Source: Methanothermococcus thermolithotrophicus DSM 2095 (lineage in GTDB: Archaea; AGJL01; Methanococci; Methanococcales; Methanococcaceae). Taken from it: DNA of 24,000 nucleotides. The stretch covers positions 757,035 to 781,034 of the forward strand of contig NZ_OX296583.1 in assembly GCF_946463545.1 (NCBI RefSeq). The letters are read 5' to 3'. The position numbers were made by a program, and so were the translations under genes. This document shows, piece after piece, positions 21,490 to 24,000 of the stretch; within the stretch, counting starts at the first letter, position 1, and each line of letters opens with the position of its first letter. The notes below the pieces were generated by a model. The model was not told the DNA's origin. It saw only the letters and a list, made by a program, of their open reading frames with translations, and did no database searches.

Positions 21490-21510
21490 AAATTTTCAAA
21501 TTGAAAATTT
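21490..21510. promoter_or_regulatory. Perfect 21-bp palindrome AAATTTTCAA-A-TTGAAAATTT
   Basis: The arms are 10 bp each and the centre is at 21500. It sits between the putative TATA and the RBS (GGTGG at 21538-21542) of the Orc1/Cdc6-like gene. Confidence 0.55.
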
Positions 21511-21546
21511 GCACTAGGACGCTTCTTTTTAATTTATGGTGGTATT

Positions 21547-22773
21547 ATGTTGGACCCTATTGAATTTATATACAATTCATCATCTATAACAAGAAAAGCG
21601 ATGAATAGATTGAAACTAAAAACAAATCCTTTTTCGGAAAAACCTATTAGGGGAAATACTAAGTTTTTCGTAGGTAGAACTTCAGAGCTGAAAGAAATTG
21701 CCGACATATTGGGTGCAGCTCAGTATGGAAGTATAGCTAACGCTGCCATTGTAGGTACAAAAGGTATTGGTAAGAGCTCTATACTCAACATATTGTACTA
21801 TGCTGCAAAAAGAAAGGGTTATTGGGTAGTGGAGCTCGAGGCCTCGCAAGTTACTCCCAGGCAATTTTTAATCCAGTTAATGTATGGTATTATTAAGGAT
21901 AATTTATTTTCAATAGATGGTACTTTATCAACGGATTATATGGAACATTCCCAAAGAATTATTGAAATATATAGGCGACTGAACAACTATAGCGATAAAA
22001 CACCGGTTCACTATCCAAGGGAAAAAATAGAAAGGGATTTGGATTATCTATTGACAAATGTGAGGGAAGAAGGAAAGTTATGTATAATAACAATAGATGA
22101 GGCAGACCAATTTGCTAAAAAAAGCTGTCTAAGCCTTTTACAGTTCTTTCATTCATTCCTCTATGAAGATGGAATTTTAGTATTTTTTGCAGGTTCTCCT
22201 ACATTAATGGAGGGTTTAACAAAAGTATCTCCTGCAATGAAGGATAGAATACCTAAGGTAATAAACATGCCTCCACTCCTAAAAGAAGAAGCTTATGATT
22301 TAATTAAAAGACGATTGGAAGATGCTCACACAGTTAAAGCAGGAGATTATGAGCCATTTACCGATGCTGCAATTGATAAAATAGTTGAAGAGTGCGATGG
22401 AATCCCAAGAAAGATAATAATGACTTGTTCTGAGGCAATATCTATAGCTATGAAAAAAGGAATGGATAAAATAGATGAAGACATAGTTAGAATGGCAATG
22501 AAAAAACTAGGTATTAGTGTAGGTCATCAAATATTAAATCATTTAACACCTGCCCAATCTAAAATAGTTCAAGCACTTGCGGATTTGGGCGGCAGTTCAA
22601 CAGTAACTGAGTTAGCTAGAATTTTAAACAACTCTCCTGGAACTATTGGAACTCATTTATCGGATATTTATGAAATGGGGTATGTATATAAAGAAAGAGT
22701 GGGTAATAATGTATATTACTCATTATCAAAGGAACTAACAGAGGTTCTAATCAATGAAGATGAAGAAAATTAA
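21547..22773 (+). CDS. Divergent Orc1/Cdc6-like AAA+ ATPase with C-terminal winged helix
   Basis: The N-terminal motif is PFSEKPI....FVGRTSELKEIADIL. Walker A is GTKGIGKSS, Walker B is CIITIDEADQF, and the sensor-2-like motif is CDGIPRKII. The C-terminal wH reads SKIVQALADLGGSSTVTELARILNNSPGTIGTHLSDIYEMGYVYKERVGNNVYYSL. A GGTGG SD is present. Confidence 0.75.
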   Translation: MLDPIEFIYNSSSITRKAMNRLKLKTNPFSEKPIRGNTKFFVGRTSELKEIADILGAAQYGSIANAAIVGTKGIGKSSILNILYYAAKRKGYWVVELEASQVTPRQFLIQLMYGIIKDNLFSIDGTLSTDYMEHSQRIIEIYRRLNNYSDKTPVHYPREKIERDLDYLLTNVREEGKLCIITIDEADQFAKKSCLSLLQFFHSFLYEDGILVFFAGSPTLMEGLTKVSPAMKDRIPKVINMPPLLKEEAYDLIKRRLEDAHTVKAGDYEPFTDAAIDKIVEECDGIPRKIIMTCSEAISIAMKKGMDKIDEDIVRMAMKKLGISVGHQILNHLTPAQSKIVQALADLGGSSTVTELARILNNSPGTIGTHLSDIYEMGYVYKERVGNNVYYSLSKELTEVLINEDEEN

Positions 22774-22854
22774 TATATTCCTAATCCAAGGATGGAAACT
22801 TGTTAAAAGTCCCGGATTTTATTAAGGATTTGTTCTAGGAGCAAAGGTGGTTAA

Positions 22855-23799
22855 ATGTTGTTTTGTGATGTTCAAGCTACTGAACCTGATATTAAAGTCT
22901 CACTTACAAGGGTCGGTGTAACCAACCTAAAAAAACTTGTAAAAATAAAAAGAAAAGCAAAAAGGCCCATAGTACTTTTGCCCACTTTTGAAGTCTTTGT
23001 TGATTTGCCAAGTTCCCAAAAGGGAATACATATGTCCAGGAGCCCCGAGGTAATAGAGGAAATTATTGAAAATATAATTATCGAAAAAGATGTGTATGGT
23101 CTTGAAGAACTTTCCGTAGATATTGTAACAAAATTGTTTGAAAAACATGAGTATGCAAACAGGGCAGAAGTTCTCATATATGGGGACTATATGATGGAAG
23201 AAAAATCTCCAGTAACGGAAAAAAAATCCCAAGAAATATGTAAAATAATTGCCAGAGCATATGGTATAAAAAAAGATGGCAAAATAAACATTAAAAAAAT
23301 GGTTGGGGCAGAAGTTGTAGGAATGACTGCATGCCCTTGTGCCCAAAATCTTTTAAAGGAAAAGGCTGTGAAAAATCTGAAAGATCAAGGATTTTCAGAT
23401 GAAGATATTAAAAAAATAATGAGCTCGGTAGTCATAGCAACCCACAATCAAAGAGGGATAGGTACTGTAATGATCGAAGTACCTCATGGTTACGATGTTG
23501 GAATTTCAAATATAATTGAAATAATAAAGAAGTCAATGAGTGGAGAAGTATATGAACTTCTAAAGAGAAGTGATGAAGCTTATGTTGTAGAAACTGCCCA
23601 TAATAATCCTAAATTTGTTGAAGATTGTGCCAGAGAAATGATTAAAAGAGTCGTAGATGAATTTAGCTATCTTCCGGATGATACTCAAGTTTTAGTAAGG
23701 CAAGTAAATAAGGAAAGTATTCATAGGCATGATGCATTTGCAGAAAGGTTTTCGACAATGGGTGAGCTAAGGGAAGAATTATCTAAAACACACAAATAG
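22855..23799 (+). CDS. mptA: GTP cyclohydrolase MptA (FolE2/MptA family, type IV)
   Basis: Family motifs are present: DVQ...P.....LTRVGV, LPSSQKGIHMSRS, MTACPCAQ, ATHNQRGIG and FVEDCAREM. An AAGGTGG SD is present. Confidence 0.85.
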   Translation: MLFCDVQATEPDIKVSLTRVGVTNLKKLVKIKRKAKRPIVLLPTFEVFVDLPSSQKGIHMSRSPEVIEEIIENIIIEKDVYGLEELSVDIVTKLFEKHEYANRAEVLIYGDYMMEEKSPVTEKKSQEICKIIARAYGIKKDGKINIKKMVGAEVVGMTACPCAQNLLKEKAVKNLKDQGFSDEDIKKIMSSVVIATHNQRGIGTVMIEVPHGYDVGISNIIEIIKKSMSGEVYELLKRSDEAYVVETAHNNPKFVEDCAREMIKRVVDEFSYLPDDTQVLVRQVNKESIHRHDAFAERFSTMGELREELSKTHK

Positions 23800-23805
23800 T
23801 TAAAC

Positions 23806-24000
23806 TCGACGAAAATCAAAGATTTTTGTGAATCGACATCGAAGCAAATCTTCGATTTGCTGTCGAAGCGAATCCAAAGGATTCGCTGACTTACGAAAAC
23901 CTGAAAGGTTTTCGTTAAGACTCACAAAATCTGAAGGATTTTGTCTAGAATTCCAAGGAAATTTGTCTCGATCAGCAAATCACCAACTTCGTTGGTGAGC
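23806..24000. other. Array of six perfect, sequence-distinct short hairpins/dyads plus one imperfect dyad, truncated by the window edge
   Basis: The hairpins are 23809-23829 (ACGAAAATC/AAA/GATTTTTGT, one G-T pair), 23843-23861 (AGCAAATC/TTC/GATTTGCT), 23867-23887 (AGCGAATCC/AAA/GGATTCGCT) and 23893-23915 (ACGAAAACC/TGAAA/GGTTTTCGT). They continue with 23924-23944 (ACAAAATC/TGAAG/GATTTTGT) and 23980-23998 (TCACCAAC/TTC/GTTGGTGA). A weak dyad lies around 23949-23964. Confidence 0.8.

Noticed and set aside
16618-22773. An integrated plasmid or provirus carrying MCM
   Set aside because: This remains only a caveat. No integrase, capsid or packaging genes and no att-like direct repeats at a tRNA are visible in the window. 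The tRNA-Ala is internal to the rRNA operon. The orc-like/mptA pairing appears chromosomal.
22784-22793. The small dyad ATCCAAGGAT in the orc-like/mptA spacer, which resembles the AATCC-AAA-GGATT hairpin core
   Set aside because: It has only 4-bp arms, which is well within chance expectation. It is noted only as a possible weak relative of the downstream dyads.
23806-24000. The hairpin array as a CRISPR array or a row of terminators
   Set aside because: There is no constant repeat unit, no regular repeat-spacer periodicity, and no cas genes. Archaeal terminators are oligo-T tracts, not hairpins. The array is kept as an unexplained finding instead.

Overview
The window looks like a chromosomal segment from an AT-rich methanogenic archaeon of the Methanococcales type. 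Coding DNA is very AT-rich and K/I/E/N-rich, while the stable RNAs are strongly GC-rich. Gene order from left to right is as follows. First come a LysR/ModE-type HTH regulator (+), NikR (-), and a conserved hypothetical (+). Next is an overlapping operon of a DUF192 protein and a ClpP-fold SDH-type serine protease (-), which is divergent from a single-domain AAA+ ATPase (+). Then come the DNA polymerase D large subunit DP2 (-) and an RNase P RNA (-). That RNA sits directly downstream of a complete minus-strand rRNA operon (16S, tRNA-Ala(UGC), 23S, 5S). After the operon come an MthK-like RCK potassium channel (-), a CobB/CobQ-like amidotransferase with inverted domain order (+), and a divergent MCM helicase paralog (+). 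They are followed by a protein that looks like a degenerate AAA+ ATPase with a winged helix (+), and a small wHTH plus zinc-knuckle protein (-). The last two genes are a divergent Orc1/Cdc6-like AAA+/winged-helix protein (+) and the GTP cyclohydrolase MptA (+). No CRISPR array, integrase or transposase was seen. The most interesting part is 18.7-24 kb, which holds two unusually long, gene-free, extremely AT-rich spacers around the Orc1/Cdc6-like gene. One spacer is bracketed by ~50-bp inverted repeats. The other carries phased 16-nt direct repeats and a 21-bp palindrome. A CpG-containing 8-mer family (CGAAAAYY) also recurs across this region. It appears as tandem doublets at promoter-like positions and as inverted pairs in a dense array of six perfect hairpins at the right edge of the window. 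I read this region as a candidate replication-origin or initiator locus. A promoter-cassette or ncRNA explanation remains a serious alternative. All calls come from reading the sequence by eye, and no database search was run.
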